Counted from the whole stretch's first letter, positions 36,563 to 50,560 are shown. The stretch is 63,236 bases of DNA, filler included, from Dimargaris cristalligena (GCA_003614675.1; 14 parts of 14 records of this genome joined end to end with filler, not necessarily neighbours in it); one strand, 5' to 3'. A program made the numbers and translations. Notes: generated by a model from the letters alone, not told the origin.

Positions 36563-37072
36563 TGTCCCATCCTATCTTGCCTTATTACACCATATTACCC
36601 CCCTTACTATATAACCCACTATGTCTGGGTCCTAACACTTCTCATACAATACTCCACTGGCTGATCCAATATTCCTCCTTTCCTAGTAGAGTCTTTCAAA
36701 AGCAAGCCCACCTGGCTGAGACTCTACCCCTCACCTTTTTCTTAGTCATCCCATTTCTCTTAGGGATCCCTCATTATGAGTAGTCCCTGCATAAAAATAA
36801 CCAGGCCCCCTCTGGGACTGGCTCAGCTCCTTAGCTTATTCTTTACCCCCATAGTTTACCTCAATAAACTCCTTATATACTCACCCCTTGTACTAGCCAG
36901 TAAGAGTGCCTGCTGCATGACCCTTACATTAGCTTGTACCCATCCTTTATTTAGTTAGTACAAATCCCTCCCTAATACTAATAGCCCACTTGGCCAAGTC
37001 TAAGCCCCACCTACTGTTAGAAGCCTACCCTCAGGACTCTTAACAAACTAAGAGTAGTTAACCCGGGTGACA
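36563..37072 (+). mobile_element. LTR family 1 copy (5' end eroded)
   Basis: Ends CTAAGAGTAGTTAACCCGGGTGACA like the other copies. Confidence 0.8.
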
Positions 37073-37075
37073 GGT

Positions 37076-37413
37076 AGGAATAAGCTGAGTAATTAAACTT
37101 ATCCTAATAGGACCTAGTTATATATATATGAGAATAACTCCAGAGGGAGGTCCTTGGAAAAGGATATTACTAAGGCTGAGGTATAGGTAAATGGGCTAAT
37201 TGAATAGCTGCTGGTATCTAGAAGACTCTGATAGATTAGTACCTAAGTAATTAGTATAAAGAGGCCAAGTTTAGATAGGGGAAAGGTAATAAACAATAGC
37301 TAATGATCCCATTGTACCAGGTGTGACTATAGTAATACTTATATGGAGTAATAGGCCCTAATATAGTTAGGAGTCTAATCTAGCTAGATTAAGGTGGATT
37401 AGAAGGGCCAGTA
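37076..37413 (-). mobile_element. LTR family 1 partial copy, inverted
   Basis: Matches 9634-9985 and 51614-51943. Confidence 0.7.
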
Positions 37414-38733
37414 GTAAGGACTGTATGTATCTAAGAAGAGTGGTAAATAAATAACCCTAATAAGTTTTCTACTAAAAACCTATTTATTTAGATAATTAAG
37501 AATAATTTTATATATGAAAATCATTTATTTTTATCTATTACTATTAATAGCAATAAGTAAAAATGTAGTGCCAGGTAACTTTATTATTAATAGAGTAGAT
37601 TTGTGATTGTGAGAAATAGACTTAATCCCCACTTAGGAATAACTTGGCATCAATGCAGTAGGGCTATGCCATATTGGAGTAGGGACAGGTGGACTTGGAG
37701 ATACTGTTACTCAGAACTTTAGGGTAGTATTAGGTACAGAGGAATAAAAAATTGCATCAGAATGGCTAGACACTGGTAATGAAGGTAGTGATTTCTATTG
37801 AGCATATTAATAAGTAAAACATCTTTCAATGTATGATTGGCAAATTTTGGCATCATGGCAAATGGTGAACTGATCCTTAACCTGAATGGATAATATACTA
37901 GGAAGAGTTAATAAAATTCTACAATATGGTTCAATGGGGCATTAGAAATATGTTGACAGTAAGGGTGTAGTGGTAAATCTACTACAGTGGCTACCCAGTT
38001 AGGTGCTGTATAAAAATTCACTGAATAAGCACTAATAAAGCAGCCATCCTCCAATCGAGTTAGCTGTCAAAGGGGAACTATTTATAAAATTGGGAACAAG
38101 CACTGGGTACTCAAAAGGGGGGCAGGCATATAAGTTGTAGATAAGTCACCGTAAAATAAACTAAATGGTTCAAGGTCAACCAGAAGGGGGTATTTGTATA
38201 GGACTGAGTAATATTTCATTATACAAGATGAAAGTAGTTTGCCTTGTCTAGAGGAATGTGAGCTGTTAGGCGGCACAATCAATTAAGTGTCCATTGCCTA
38301 CCCAAATGGCAGGAAGTCCTATTAATTGCCCGAGGATATATTGCATGTGATCATTATAGCGACTTTTAATAAACGATTTAAAATCAGATTTACTCGTAAA
38401 ATACTAGGGATAATTGCCCCACCAATGGTACTGAAGCCCCGAAGCTTCCTGTCATCAAATCCCCCACTGGCCTGGGTTATTCCAGGGCAGCTGAGTAAAC
38501 TCCACCAAGCTAAGCTGAGTTTGCATTACAACCACCTGATCTTCCTATTGATTCACAACCCACCCATTCTACCTAGTCTGTTACCCTTCCGGACCTTGGT
38601 TTTTTCAGTAGCCTGAGCATTCTTGCATCTCCTTCATCTCTCCGGCATAATTATTTTCTCCACTCGCCTCCCCCCTTTTAACCGCTACTAGCTCTACGCC
38701 TCTGTAATAACCCGTTGATTCATATTCTCCAAC

Positions 38734-40353
38734 ATGGCTGCCCCTACTGTCTCGGCTCCCGCTTCCGCCCCCCAGGCTTCGTCCGGCGCCTCCGGGGTTT
38801 ACAAGGATAAGGAGAAGCCCATGGAGGTGCGATCCAGCAATATCGTGGCCGGTAAGGCGGTCAGTGACGCCGTACGTACTAGCCTCGGCCCTAAAGGTAT
38901 GGACAAAATGATCCAGACCGGTTCCGGTGAAGTGATTATCTCCAACGATGGTGCCACGATCCTTAAACAGATGGCCGTGATGCATCCCGCCGCTAAAATG
39001 CTGGTCGACCTTTCCGCGGCCCAGGATGTGGAAGCGGGTGACGGCACTACCTCGGTGGTGGTGCTGGCCGGTAGTTTGTTAAACGCCGCCCATAAGCTGC
39101 TCGGCAAGGGTATCCACCCTACGCTCATCGCCGAAGCCTTCCAGCGGGCCTCCATCAAGGCGGTCGAGATCCTGACCGACATGGCCATTCCGCTGGACCT
39201 GTCGGACCGGGAAAAGATGCTCAAGTCCGCCTCGACGTCGCTTAACTCGAAAATCGTTTCCCAGTACTCGAGCCTATTGGCCCCCCTGGCCGTGGATGCC
39301 GTCATGAGCGTCATCAACCCCGACACCGCCAGCAATGTCGACCTCAAGGATATCCGGGTGGTTAAGAAGATCGGTGGGACCATCGATGACACCCAACTCG
39401 TGCGTGGTCTGGTTTTGGGCCAAACCGCCATCAAATCGGCGGGTGGACCTACTCGTGTGGAGAAGGCCAACATTGCCCTAATTCAATTCCAGCTTTCGCC
39501 GCCCAAGCCCGATATGGACAACCAGATTGTGGTGAACGACTACCGCCAAATGGACCGCATTCTGAAGGAAGAGCGCCAGTACCTCCTCAACCTGTGCAAG
39601 AAGATTAAGAAGGCCGGCTGTAACGTGGTTCTAATCCAGAAGTCCATCCTCCGCGATGCCGTGAATGACCTTTCGCTGCACTTCCTAGCCAAGCTCAAGA
39701 TCATGGTGGTGAAGGACGTCGAGCGCGACGAGATTGAGTTTATCTGCAAGACCACTGGTTGCAAGCCCATCGCCGACATTGATAGCTTTACCGAAGACAA
39801 ACTGGGTCACGCCGACCTGGTCGAGGAGGCCGAATCCAACGGCTCCCGAATTGTCCAAATCACCGGCATCAAGCAGGGAGGACGTACCATCTCAATTCTG
39901 TGCCGTGGCGCCAACGGGCTGATTCTGGAAGAGGCCGAACGGTCTCTGCACGACGCCCTGTGCGTACTCCGTTGTCTGGTCAAGAAGAAGGCCGTACTGG
40001 CCGGCGGCGGTGCCCCCGAGATTGAGATGTCCCAGCAGCTGATGCAATACGCCAAGTCGTTAAAGGGTATGGAAGCCTATTGTTTCGAGGCCTACGCCGA
40101 GGCTCTCGAAGTGATCCCCACCACTCTGGCCGAAAACGCCGGGCTGAACCCCGTGGCCATTGTGACCGAATTGCGCAACCGCCACGCCCAGGGCGAGAAG
40201 TCGGCGGGTATCAATGTGCGCAAGGGTACCATCACCGACATTTTGGAAGAAAACGTTATCCAGCCCCTGTTGGTCTCCACCAGCGCCATCGAGCTGGCCT
40301 CAGAGACTGTCAAGATGATCCTCAAGATTGACGATATTGTCCAGATGAGATAA
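38734..40353 (+). CDS. CCT4: T-complex protein 1 subunit delta (intronless, complete)
   Basis: [72 protein letters not shown] delta-type motifs. Confidence 0.97.
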   Translation: MAAPTVSAPASAPQASSGASGVYKDKEKPMEVRSSNIVAGKAVSDAVRTSLGPKGMDKMIQTGSGEVIISNDGATILKQMAVMHPAAKMLVDLSAAQDVEAGDGTTSVVVLAGSLLNAAHKLLGKGIHPTLIAEAFQRASIKAVEILTDMAIPLDLSDREKMLKSASTSLNSKIVSQYSSLLAPLAVDAVMSVINPDTASNVDLKDIRVVKKIGGTIDDTQLVRGLVLGQTAIKSAGGPTRVEKANIALIQFQLSPPKPDMDNQIVVNDYRQMDRILKEERQYLLNLCKKIKKAGCNVVLIQKSILRDAVNDLSLHFLAKLKIMVVKDVERDEIEFICKTTGCKPIADIDSFTEDKLGHADLVEEAESNGSRIVQITGIKQGGRTISILCRGANGLILEEAERSLHDALCVLRCLVKKKAVLAGGGAPEIEMSQQLMQYAKSLKGMEAYCFEAYAEALEVIPTTLAENAGLNPVAIVTELRNRHAQGEKSAGINVRKGTITDILEENVIQPLLVSTSAIELASETVKMILKIDDIVQMR

Positions 40354-40782
40354 GCACCCAGTTGTATCCAAGTTAAACATGACCATCTTCCCTTCAGGTC
40401 CAGGCTGCTTCCAATTCTGAACCATCGTTTTAAGTTTACCAGCATGGACAATCGTTCTAATTGGACCACTCTCTCCAAAAAAAAAATTGTTTCCGCTTTC
40501 GGCGAATCCGTTCCCCCTCTGGCACCCTCCAAATTTTTTGGTGCTAATCACTGGCGAAGCCCGCCGTGATATTCGAAGTTTTTATTAGTTTTACCCCATA
40601 GTTGAATCATTTCCTCCGCTAATTTTCCGAGCCAGGTAGGCTCATCCAAATGGCCCCATCTAATCCAACCAGCTTGTGCGATNNNNNNNNNNNNNNNNNN
40701 NNNNNNNNNNNNNNNNNNNNNNNNNNTTAATTAATTAANNNNNNNNNNNNNNNNNNNNNNNNNNNNNNNNNNNNNNNNNNNN

Positions 40783-40876
40783 GGCAACGAAATACTGGCT
40801 CGGGGTGTCCACCCCACGGACTCGGATAGACTGACCCGTTTTCAGTCCAGATACATAACTGTACAAGTCGGCCATG
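40783..40876 (-). CDS. 5' end of an unknown gene, truncated by contig edge
   Basis: ACCATGG start context, MADLYSYVSGLKTGQSIRVRGVDTPSQYFVA open to the edge. Confidence 0.5.
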
Positions 40877-42984
40877 GTATCTGTGGTGGGTTTGTTAGGG
40901 GATGGAAGGGTTATGGGGGCTTGCAATAAAAGTGGGGGGGGTATAAATTTAAAATAATGGGAGTGGGCTTCGAAAGTCAGGGGGAAGCGGGTAAGGATGT
41001 TGAAGAATCGGAAAAGTTGTAGAGTATTCGTAGGGACCACACCTCATGTATTTTATACTGGTCATTCGAGAGTGGCCGGTCATCGTATTTCGCATTAGAT
41101 TTCCCGTTTTATGACTTTGTATATACGTAAACTAAGTTGTCATCTGGCCCTATTCAAAAACAGCTGCGTTGCTTTTCCGGGGGGGGAGAGGGGGAGTGAA
41201 AGGTAAGTTCCCAGTTAGTCATGCTACCCGAATTGTAAACTCCTTGCCTCCAATACACTTTCAAAACCCAGCCAGCTCAGGGTAAGTCGCTAAAGTAGGC
41301 TGATTGAGCTAAAAGTGAAAGGCGGGTTAATCACCGGGTGGTTTTCGATGGTAGTGATGCGACAGCCTGGTGGTTTTAAGAGGGTTAACTCGTCGGATAA
41401 GATGGAGCCAGAAGCCTTCCGGTATCCGACTCGATTGTACCGTGGCTAAGTATTAGAATATACAGAGAAAAACAAACAGGGGGGAGTGAAGATGGAGATG
41501 AAATAGACTATCTAAAAGCCGATGACGCACCTCGAATAAAAGCCAACGAAAATGGCGGTGAGGGGGGGAGGCAGTACGAGTAAGTTGGGGGCTATATTGA
41601 CGAGGTCTTGGTCAACCGTAAGGATGGAAGAGCCTGGCTTGAAGCTTAAACCCATAAACCGTGTGGACAACGGCAATACTCAGCTAATCCACGGCTGCGA
41701 TGTGGACTCGGTGCGAACACCAAAAATCCGCGGAGTTTAATCTTAGACTCGTCTTTGTTGATTCTTTTGGAGTAGAGTGCAATGGTTCTGGCTTAGCATT
41801 GGCTAACACCCCTTGTGAACCATGCGCCCTACCAAAACGAGAGAATACCCCCAACTAAACTGCCTTGTTCGCAACGGGAGAGGGAGGGGGAGTGCTATCC
41901 GTTAGGAGGGCAATGGGTCTGGCTGGAGCTAACCCGTGCGGGGACCATGTGGACGTTGGCGAGTGTTTTTTGGGCCATTTCCGGTGCCGCCCCATGACCC
42001 CCGCAGATACCAAGTCGCTCGGTAACTATTCCAAAAACTAAAATAATAATGTAGCCATGCCGGCTAAAAAATAAATAGTTTCCGCTTTTTATATAAAAAC
42101 ACACACACAGACATTGATAATTCACCTATAAATTATTTTCGTACAGGGAATAATTTGTTCCAATAGTCAAATTTGATACTATATCAACCAAAAATATAAA
42201 AAATTAAACTAGAAACGAGAGTGGCTAGAGACTGGGCCGATTGGCTAAACCAAATTCGCCCCCCCCCCCTCTATTGTCGCACTGCAGGGGAAGCCTTTGC
42301 TATCCCAAATATCCTAGCCTCCCTCGCCTCCCCCCTGTAAATCGCACACCCGGAATGGCTTGGCCATGATCACTATTCGCTTGACTCCTCTTGGTGCCAC
42401 CGATAATTCGTTCGGGGCTAGTCTGGTACTGGTGGCTCTTCAATTGGGCCAAGGGGGGAGGGGGCCTCGATACTTCCACGAGTGCTGGGGGATGCAGGTG
42501 TTTTTCAATGCTCCACATGGTCATTTTTCTATAGGGCGGACCGGCTAAGCAAAGAGCCCGCCGAGGGAGGTGCGCCGGCAACGAATCGTTTAGGCTACCG
42601 GTTCATGAAAATGAGTCGCCCTAGCAGAGGTCTGCGTCTAACTAACCGTCGACATTGGGTCTTGTCGGCTATCGGTCTCGATCTTGCGCGTATATAAATA
42701 CCCCCCATTCGCACCCTTTATTACTGCACACCAACTACCCGTCTTCCAGCCGTGTTACATATTTTATATTTTACCGGCTAACATCTGATTATTTTTCGAG
42801 ATTTCAGTGTCAACCACGTATATTAATTTGTATCACCGTTCACATACCTATTTCCCCCGCAAAGAGTAGTACTATTCGATTATTTATTTTTATTTTTGAA
42901 TACCCCTATTTTTGGAGTACCTTTGCCCGATAATTTAACCACCACCACAACTATCCCCGACTTAGACCATCCCAAAAAAGTACA

Positions 42985-43817
42985 ATGGAGTTCAACTGAC
43001 TGCGTTTCCCATTTCGCTAGCGGTCATGTCCATCCATGCCTCCCCCGTGTACCGACCTACGGTGGACCTCAACCAACAGTATCCATCTGGCAACTCCTAC
43101 TCCAACAATGGGTTCGAATACGAACTAAAGACCTCTTTCACTGGATATGGCACCACCCCCAAAGCCTCAACCGGGGGCTATCAACCGGACGATTTCTCTC
43201 CCTCATATGGGCCGGAGCAGGTCCTGGGAACGACCGGCCATGGATACTCGCCCTTTGGGGGAAAACCGCAATACACCGACGACCAGGAGCTTGTCGGCGA
43301 ATCGGAACCTAACTACGACCACAGTCTCATCAGCAACAGATACCACCCCAACGGCATGTACAAAGGTGGGCATCGTAGACACCACTTCCAAAACCCTGAA
43401 TCTATGCCGGTCCGAGGGGACGGGTCTATTAGTGCCGACCCTTCGCGAAATGGCGACTTAAATTTCGGTAATTCTAACAAGGCATCGGAAAAGAGCCAAA
43501 ACAGTGATAAAGTCAGGTATACTACGTCGGACTTCTATAATCCCTACGCCGACTATGATTTTAGCCAGCGCCCTGATTTTGATCCAAAAATTGTGGATGC
43601 GTGGAACAAAGAGCAAGAGGCGGAAGAAGCTCCGTGGGTGCCTTCTCAAAATCAGTCGACGAACCTCTACCCGCTGATCAGAGCTAATAAGCGCGAGGAT
43701 CAATCTTACGACCAGTCGCCGAAACCCTACTCCCCATCGACCAGCGATTACTCGTACTTATTGAAAACTATTTCGGTCGAGGGCCAAATACTCCCAGCCG
43801 TTTGGCCAAAAAGGTAG
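42985..43817 (+). CDS. Putative secreted low-complexity (Y/S/P/D/N-rich) protein with a frameshift in its signal peptide
   Basis: 263-aa ORF 43026-43817 is preceded in frame by LTAFPISLAV. ATG at 42985 is out of frame by one base. Confidence 0.6.
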
Positions 43818-45358
43818 AAAGGGGGGAGAGGCCATGTTGTACTTGGATACTAGTAGACCGGGCATTCTATAATAACAGTCCCTTTAGTCGGTCCTCCATG
43901 ACCAATTTCAGGGGATTAGACTGCTTTTGAATACTTATTTCTAGATGGGACACATTCGTTAAGTGAACTAGCGATTGTATGTAACATGGCATGAAATAAT
44001 CATGGAGCGATTAGACCGAAGCTCAATTGGGACTATTCAGCTTTGATTAATGCCCCAACCAGAAAATACGGAATATTTTAACCGGTGTTAGTCGTAAAAT
44101 CGTCAGTGAACATTCCTGCCTATGTGGAATATCTAATAGTGGAGGCGGAATATATAATGGTCACTCAACTTCCGCCCAACAGACTTCACTGACCCATTCC
44201 TGACATTACTATCCATGAATAGTGGTAGTCCTGGTGAGTTAAGGGTAAGAGTCAGATTTGGTGGGGTGGGCAGGAGGATGGGGCAGGTTTGGCTCATCCA
44301 AGTGGAATAGTAGATCCTAGCTGTTTGCTGAGGAGTGATGTATTTTATCTACCCCAGGTGGTGAGGCTAATACTATTGATGAGTAACTAATTTTTTTGCC
44401 TGGGACCTTCCCCAACAAGCCCAGGATGCCTTACCTATTGTGACCACTCCTGGAGGGTTTAATTGTGGATTCAACTACAGATTATCAACTCTTCTCACAT
44501 ACTTTAATAAGATAGTCCCTGATCCCTCAAAATCCATAATGGCTGGAACTGCTGACCTTAAGTTAACGTTTTTGTTGTGAATATGGGATGGATAGCCTCA
44601 GTGTACAGTATTGCCGTTCTAGTAGTCTATGTTTAAAAACACCATTTCCAATGTACTATCATACCAAAATGACCTACGACTCATCCCACTTACTGTGGCG
44701 CTCCATAAGCCATCTATGATATTCAGTTCACTTTAACTAGAGGACTGATGTCTACCTGTGCTTTGGTTTGGAATTGCATAGCCATACTGTGGGTTGTTAC
44801 AGCCACCATTGGCACTGGTGTCACAGTGTGGTGGTGTCAGGCCACTAAAATGAACAACAAAAATACTATCAAAAGGGCAGGGTGGCTTCTCCAGGCGAAC
44901 TGGTTTGTCACTCAAATGAAAAATAATAAAACCAACTGTATAAAGTTTTAAACCAAAGTAATCCAATATGAAAAATACCAGTTTGCAAGCTCAAAAGGAC
45001 CATTTCCTTGGCAACCACAACTTTCAAAGGTATATAAATCCAAGTAATCCAAAGTAATAGTAAATGTAGTTTTATTGTAAAGAAAAAAAGTAGAAGAAAA
45101 TTAACCCTAAACAAATTGATACACAGAAAAAAAGAGGGGAAAAAATTTCCTATATATGCAAAAATATGCACACTAATGCATTACCGATTGCTTGCATTCA
45201 NNNNNNNNNNNNNNNNNNNNNNNNNNNNNNNNNNNNNNNNNNNNTTAATTAATTAANNNNNNNNNNNNNNNNNNNNNNNNNNNNNNNNNNNNNNNNNNNN
45301 ATAGATCGAACAGCTCCTTTGAACAGCCGCAATGCGCTAACTGAATGGTTTCAGGCCA

Positions 45359-46066
45359 TTATGTAATAATCGTGATGCCGGTGAGGTATTGGATTGATAA
45401 CATGCGCATAATCTCCCTATCATAACTCGAGACATAAATATAGTTATTGTTTGCATCAATAGAGTCGATGATATAGCAGAACCCACCGGCAGATAGTTTA
45501 GCCAACACGGATTCACGATAGGAGTCCTTCTTAGAGACATCGCCATTATACACGTTGATTCGGTATTTTCGAGTAGCCTGGGTGAGATCACAGTTCGAGG
45601 TAGGCGTCGGTGTTGGCGTGGAAAAGGTTTTTGTCGGAGCGGTGGTGGACATTGCATCGGAAGTGGTGGTCGGTTCAGGAACAGGTTCTGTGGAAGTAGC
45701 CATATCTTCAGTGGTGGTGGTGCTGCTTTCGTAGGGGTTGGGACTCACCGTGGAGTCTGTAACGATATCATCTGTAGTGGTGGTGGTAATTTCGTAGGGG
45801 TTAGGGCTTACTGTATAATCCGTAACAATATCGTCGGCAGTAGTACTTTCGTAGGGGTTCGGACTCACGGTGGAGTCAGTGACAATTTCATCGGTGGTAG
45901 AAGTGGTGGGATCCAAAGAGGTGACCGTGCTGGAAGCAAGAGGCCCACACTTCTGGGGACTGCCGCGACGTTGGAGGGAGAGGCAGTCGGGGTCTGCAGG
46001 TAGGGCGACAACGGTGCTTTGAAGGGCAACTACCACTCCGATGAAACACAGTAGAGACTGCTTCAT
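45359..46066 (-). CDS. Secreted Thr-rich protein with C-terminal ~65-aa globular domain (paralogue A)
   Basis: Signal peptide, DC-x2-LQRR-x3-QKCGP, mucin-like linker. Homologous to 47177-47731. Confidence 0.9.
   Translation of the reverse strand: MKQSLLCFIGVVVALQSTVVALPADPDCLSLQRRGSPQKCGPLASSTVTSLDPTTSTTDEIVTDSTVSPNPYESTTADDIVTDYTVSPNPYEITTTTTDDIVTDSTVSPNPYESSTTTTEDMATSTEPVPEPTTTSDAMSTTAPTKTFSTPTPTPTSNCDLTQATRKYRINVYNGDVSKKDSYRESVLAKLSAGGFCYIIDSIDANNNYIYVSSYDREIMRMLSIQYLTGITIIT
45725..45897 (-). repeat. Coding tandem repeat, 3 x ~19-21 aa (D[DE]IVTD[SY]TVSPNPYE)
   Basis: Three near-identical units in the protein and DNA. Confidence 0.92.
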
Positions 46067-47176
46067 TATGAATTAAAGGTGTAACGTGGACTGAAATTCC
46101 TTCGACAATAGATGAGATAGTATGCTCGGATAAGCGAATCCTCAAGTGTAACCGGCAATTAATTAGAGATGGCAAATTTACTGATTTCCGCAGGTCAAAA
46201 AGGGGGGAATGGTATTATTAATCGAACCACGCAATCACACAAGTAAAATGTAGCGGCAGGAAATGGGCGGAGAACGGCCGCTTTAATAGAAGCGGAAATG
46301 AGATGTTAGCGATGGGTGGCTTTTTTGGTTGTAGGCAAATCCACCCAAAGGCAAATCTCCAGGCTTCGCTTCCAGTATTCGTGGAGTGAACTAAAAATAT
46401 AGGTTTACTTTCCATCCCCATCCGCTCCCACCTCATCACTTGCCCCAATGTGTGCGTGTGTCTAGCGAATCCTCTAACAGCGGCAATCAATTCAGCCCAC
46501 TAAACTGGTGACCAACAATCACCGTCCAGCACATCCATCCCGGTGGACGCGTGTGTATAAATTTAGCTCGACTGTGTGATTCAAATTGGGAAACAATGGA
46601 GCTAGGATGTCCATTTTCGGCGAATGTACGTCGGCGGAGTTGTCATTATACAGTCGAAATTCATACATTAATCTACTCATTTTTGTGTTTCCTATGTACC
46701 TACTGATTGACAGTAAAATTCATAATAAAGTCGGAGTTACGGAGCTGATTCACTATTGGAAAGCTGCTCTTGTCAGCCCCTTCGTAGTTTCTGATGGGCA
46801 TGTGGATAAGTTATCGACGGCTTCGTCCCTCATCTATGTGCTTGTCTATTGAAAAGGCATTGGCTGCCAGAGTATTACGGACGATATGGTGGGAATTCAA
46901 TACTTTGGCTTAGCTGTTCAGCTGATATTTGTGTGGACAAATAGAAGGTGTATTTTATAAAAATTGCTAAAATCTAACCCATAAAATGCATTTTCAGGCG
47001 GGCAGCCTGGGCGGACCTCCCCCATATGGTTTGCGTTGGCACTCCAAACGTGACCATCCAGAATTATTGAATTGACACACTTAAACTAATATTGATTAAC
47101 AGTAAGTTTATTGTTGACGGCGCAATCGACTCACTCAAGCGCAATTTATAATTGAAACGTAAGTCAAATAAATATT

Positions 47177-47731
47177 CTATACCGCGTTGATGCTCTGGAC
47201 GTGGGCCAAAGTCGCATACTGAGGGATAAGGTCTGCAAAGGTTCGGACAAAGACATAGTTACCAATGGTGTTGATGGAAACAACCTTGTGGCAAAGGCCA
47301 CTCTGTTCCAACGCAGCCAAGAATTCATTGCGGTATTGAGTCTTTTGCTCTTCACCAGTACCAAAAATTTTCATTAGGTAAACCCTGCTCTTTATAGAAT
47401 CAGGTTCGCAGGTTGATGTGGGAGTCGGTGTGGCCGAAGTCACAGTTGAGGTTGGCTCGATAGCGGTGGGCTCCGGGGCGGGGTTAGTGGTGGTGTCCAG
47501 GTTCACGGTAGTGGTGTTGCTTTCTTCGGGGGCCGTGGGGGTAGCAGTGGTGGTAGTCGTCGTCGGTTCCCAAGCTGAGGTCGTGGCATTATTGTGGGGG
47601 GAAGGGGGTCCACATTTCTGGTTTTCATCGCGACGCTGGAGATTAAAGCAATCAATGTCAACGGGAGAGGCGAGCACAGCAGTTTGGAGGGTGATCAGCG
47701 CCCCAACGAGGAACAACAGGGACAGCTTCAT
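47177..47731 (-). CDS. Secreted Thr-rich protein with C-terminal globular domain (paralogue B)
   Basis: Same architecture and four aligned Cys as paralogue A. Confidence 0.9.
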   Translation of the reverse strand: MKLSLLFLVGALITLQTAVLASPVDIDCFNLQRRDENQKCGPPSPHNNATTSAWEPTTTTTTATPTAPEESNTTTVNLDTTTNPAPEPTAIEPTSTVTSATPTPTSTCEPDSIKSRVYLMKIFGTGEEQKTQYRNEFLAALEQSGLCHKVVSINTIGNYVFVRTFADLIPQYATLAHVQSINAV

Positions 47732-49286
47732 AGTGAAAGAGTGGCTTAAGGCTAAACGTAATAAATCAAGACGATGCTGGTATTAAGACAATGCTCCCAA
47801 CGAATGTAATGATGATACTAATGGCCGCCGTAATATCGAGACAGTGTAGTCCGAAATGAGCTGGTACAGATACTAAGGGGATAGAGAGACGAAATGTGTA
47901 GGGCAACTTCGCCCATGTGTATTAGCGGAGAGGGACTTATATATTACCGCCCTCAACTGGGGAGACATCGATGCCCATCCTCGTTGGAAAGTTGGATGAT
48001 TTTCGGCGGTTTTCACTTATTTTCTCTGTTAGCTCCACGGTAAACTACTAAATTGAGCAGCTTTGTACCTCCTTTATTTTGGTGAATCCTACTATTGGAC
48101 AATATGGGAGAAGTTCATACAAGCTGTAGTACTCTTTGATCAGCGGCCCAGGCTTAGATCTCCTTATTGTAGGCAAGAAGAGCGCCCGCTATTGAAACTG
48201 TAAAACCTCCTGCTTGTCATTTAAAGAACCTTGGAGGCATGGGAAGATTGCCACTATAGTGAATGTATAGCAGTGAGCAGCTTGATTTACTGGGCCAATC
48301 ATTACCCTCCGGTTCTCGTCGAAACCACACCCACAACTACTGGATTATAATGATTAGTCTGGGTTCACTTTGCTCAAGGAAGAGTATCAGAGCAATGTGT
48401 CCTAGGAGTCGTTGGGTATTACCTCGAGCCGTTTGGCCGAAACTCAATTGACAGTATATGGAAATGTGCCTATACTAATTGAACATATAGGAAATGCTTC
48501 CAGGGATTAAATTGTATAGCCAAGCGGATTGTTTTCAATGCCGATGCGAATGCATATTGGCCTTATAAGCATCCACCCAATCGAATAATGAAATAATATT
48601 GTACACCTCTATTGATACCTACTCGACTGCCGTCAAGGTGGACGGCTTAAAGAAAAAATATATACGTGGTATCCATTAGATCTATTGGAAATTGATCAGT
48701 ATCGACTGAGTGGGGGTTGCAACCAGCCCGGGGACAGATACGTATGTCGTCAATCGTTGGTGGAATGTGCTCAATTAAATAGAGGATACTCCCAAAGTCG
48801 ATATGACCATTACATAATGGAGCCCGTATGAGCAGGATCATTGGGATTTTGGTTTTATAATTATGAACCAGTGTGGATTATTTGTTTTTATTATGGGGTT
48901 GAGTACTGCTAGCGGTTGGGGCTAGATTACCAATTTCTCTTACGCGTCCCCCGCTACACCGAAGTTCTATGGTTCTGGTTGGAATCTAGCTGAGTACCAC
49001 GAAGCCTTCTTATTTAAAAATGATCCACTCCAGTGACTAATGAGGTATATTGGTTTATTTTTAGGTTCTAGTCACCTGAAGTGCGAACTCCAGTTGCGCC
49101 ACATCATCATAAACCCACGAGACTGAAATGACCATTCTTGGTTGTTATTCGGAGGCGAATCAACCACTAGCTATTTGGCAAATTAGATTCATGGCGTGTA
49201 CCCTGTTTATTGATTATCGTTAGTTTATTCGTCCCAGAGAAATTCAGGATAGCAAACTCGCTTTGGAATGGTTAGCCTCAAGGCAA

Positions 49287-49430
49287 ATGTAGGAGAAGTT
49301 CATCCAAGCTGTATAACGAAAAATCCATTAGATTCGGCCAATATTACTAGTTAAAAATACATTTCCCATATATTTTCCCATACACGTATAATGTAAACCC
49401 TTCTATAGCTGGGCCGAATTTCACCCATGT
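49287..49430. mobile_element. ~144-bp MITE-like element
   Basis: Colinear with 60764-60907 and 61875-62017. Imperfect ~25-bp TIRs. Confidence 0.75.
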
Positions 49431-50022
49431 CGTCTTTAAAATAACCTTAGATAGCAGTGGGCCTATGGTTTCAGGTGATAATAACTTTGAGCAATTTTAA
49501 TGTTATCGTGGGGGTCTGGATATGAAATCAGATAATCTAGTTTGGTGTAGATAATCAAGGCCATCGCCAGAAGCCCCCCCCCCCTTTTAATGGTGGGTCT
49601 GGGGCAGTCTAACGTACACATTCCGAGACCTTGAATGCCCTCTATCTACTCTGGGGCAAGAGTGTTAGAGGACTAACCAATAGTAAACCCGATATGGGAC
49701 ATATATAGTGAATCAAANNNNNNNNNNNNNNNNNNNNNNNNNNNNNNNNNNNNNNNNNNNNTTAATTAATTAANNNNNNNNNNNNNNNNNNNNNNNNNNN
49801 NNNNNNNNNNNNNNNNNTACTCCCCCTTACTGCCACCTCTTGGAACAGCAAGTCTATCATCACCTTTCCCTTTTATCATCTATTCTTTCAAATAAAGTTC
49901 AGTTTTCAAGGATTTGATTTCAGTTCTTTACAACTGGTACTCATGGTAGACATTAAGTATAAATATTAGAAATAGGAAATATATCTACTAAAGTGTTTGA
50001 AATAATAATAATGAATATAATA

Positions 50023-50560
50023 TGTCACCCCTCCTAATCTAACCTAATCTGGCCTCATTGATCACCGTCTTAGCAGGCCTTATAGCACCATATATCATAT
50101 ATCACCTAACCAGTTGGATCCTTCAGAGTTCACACTACTCACTCCCCCACTGATCCGAGTATCTTCTGGTTCCCATGGAAGACTCCTCTCTGTGACGAAG
50201 ACCACCTAACTCTTACTATTGATACCTTAGTCATGTAGTTTCCCCTTGGGACCTCCCTTTGGAGTAGTCCCCTGCATATATATAACCGGGCCCTACTGGG
50301 ACCAGTTAGATCCTTAGCTTATTCTTACCCCTGTAGTTTACCCAATAAACTCTATATATGCTCACCCCTCCTTGTACTGACCAGTAAGTATACCCACTGC
50401 ACATCCCTTGCATCCCTCTAATTGACTAAGCCTTTATTGGTTAGTACTGTGCCCTGTACCTAATGCTAGTAGCCCGCTTGGCCGAGTCTAAGCCCCACCT
50501 ACTGTTAGAAGCCTATCCCTGAGACTCTTGATGGACTAAGAGTGGTTAACTCAGGTGACA
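50023..50560 (+). mobile_element. LTR family 1 copy (no TSD)
   Basis: TGTCACC...GGTGACA termini, internal TATATAA then AATAAA. Confidence 0.9.
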
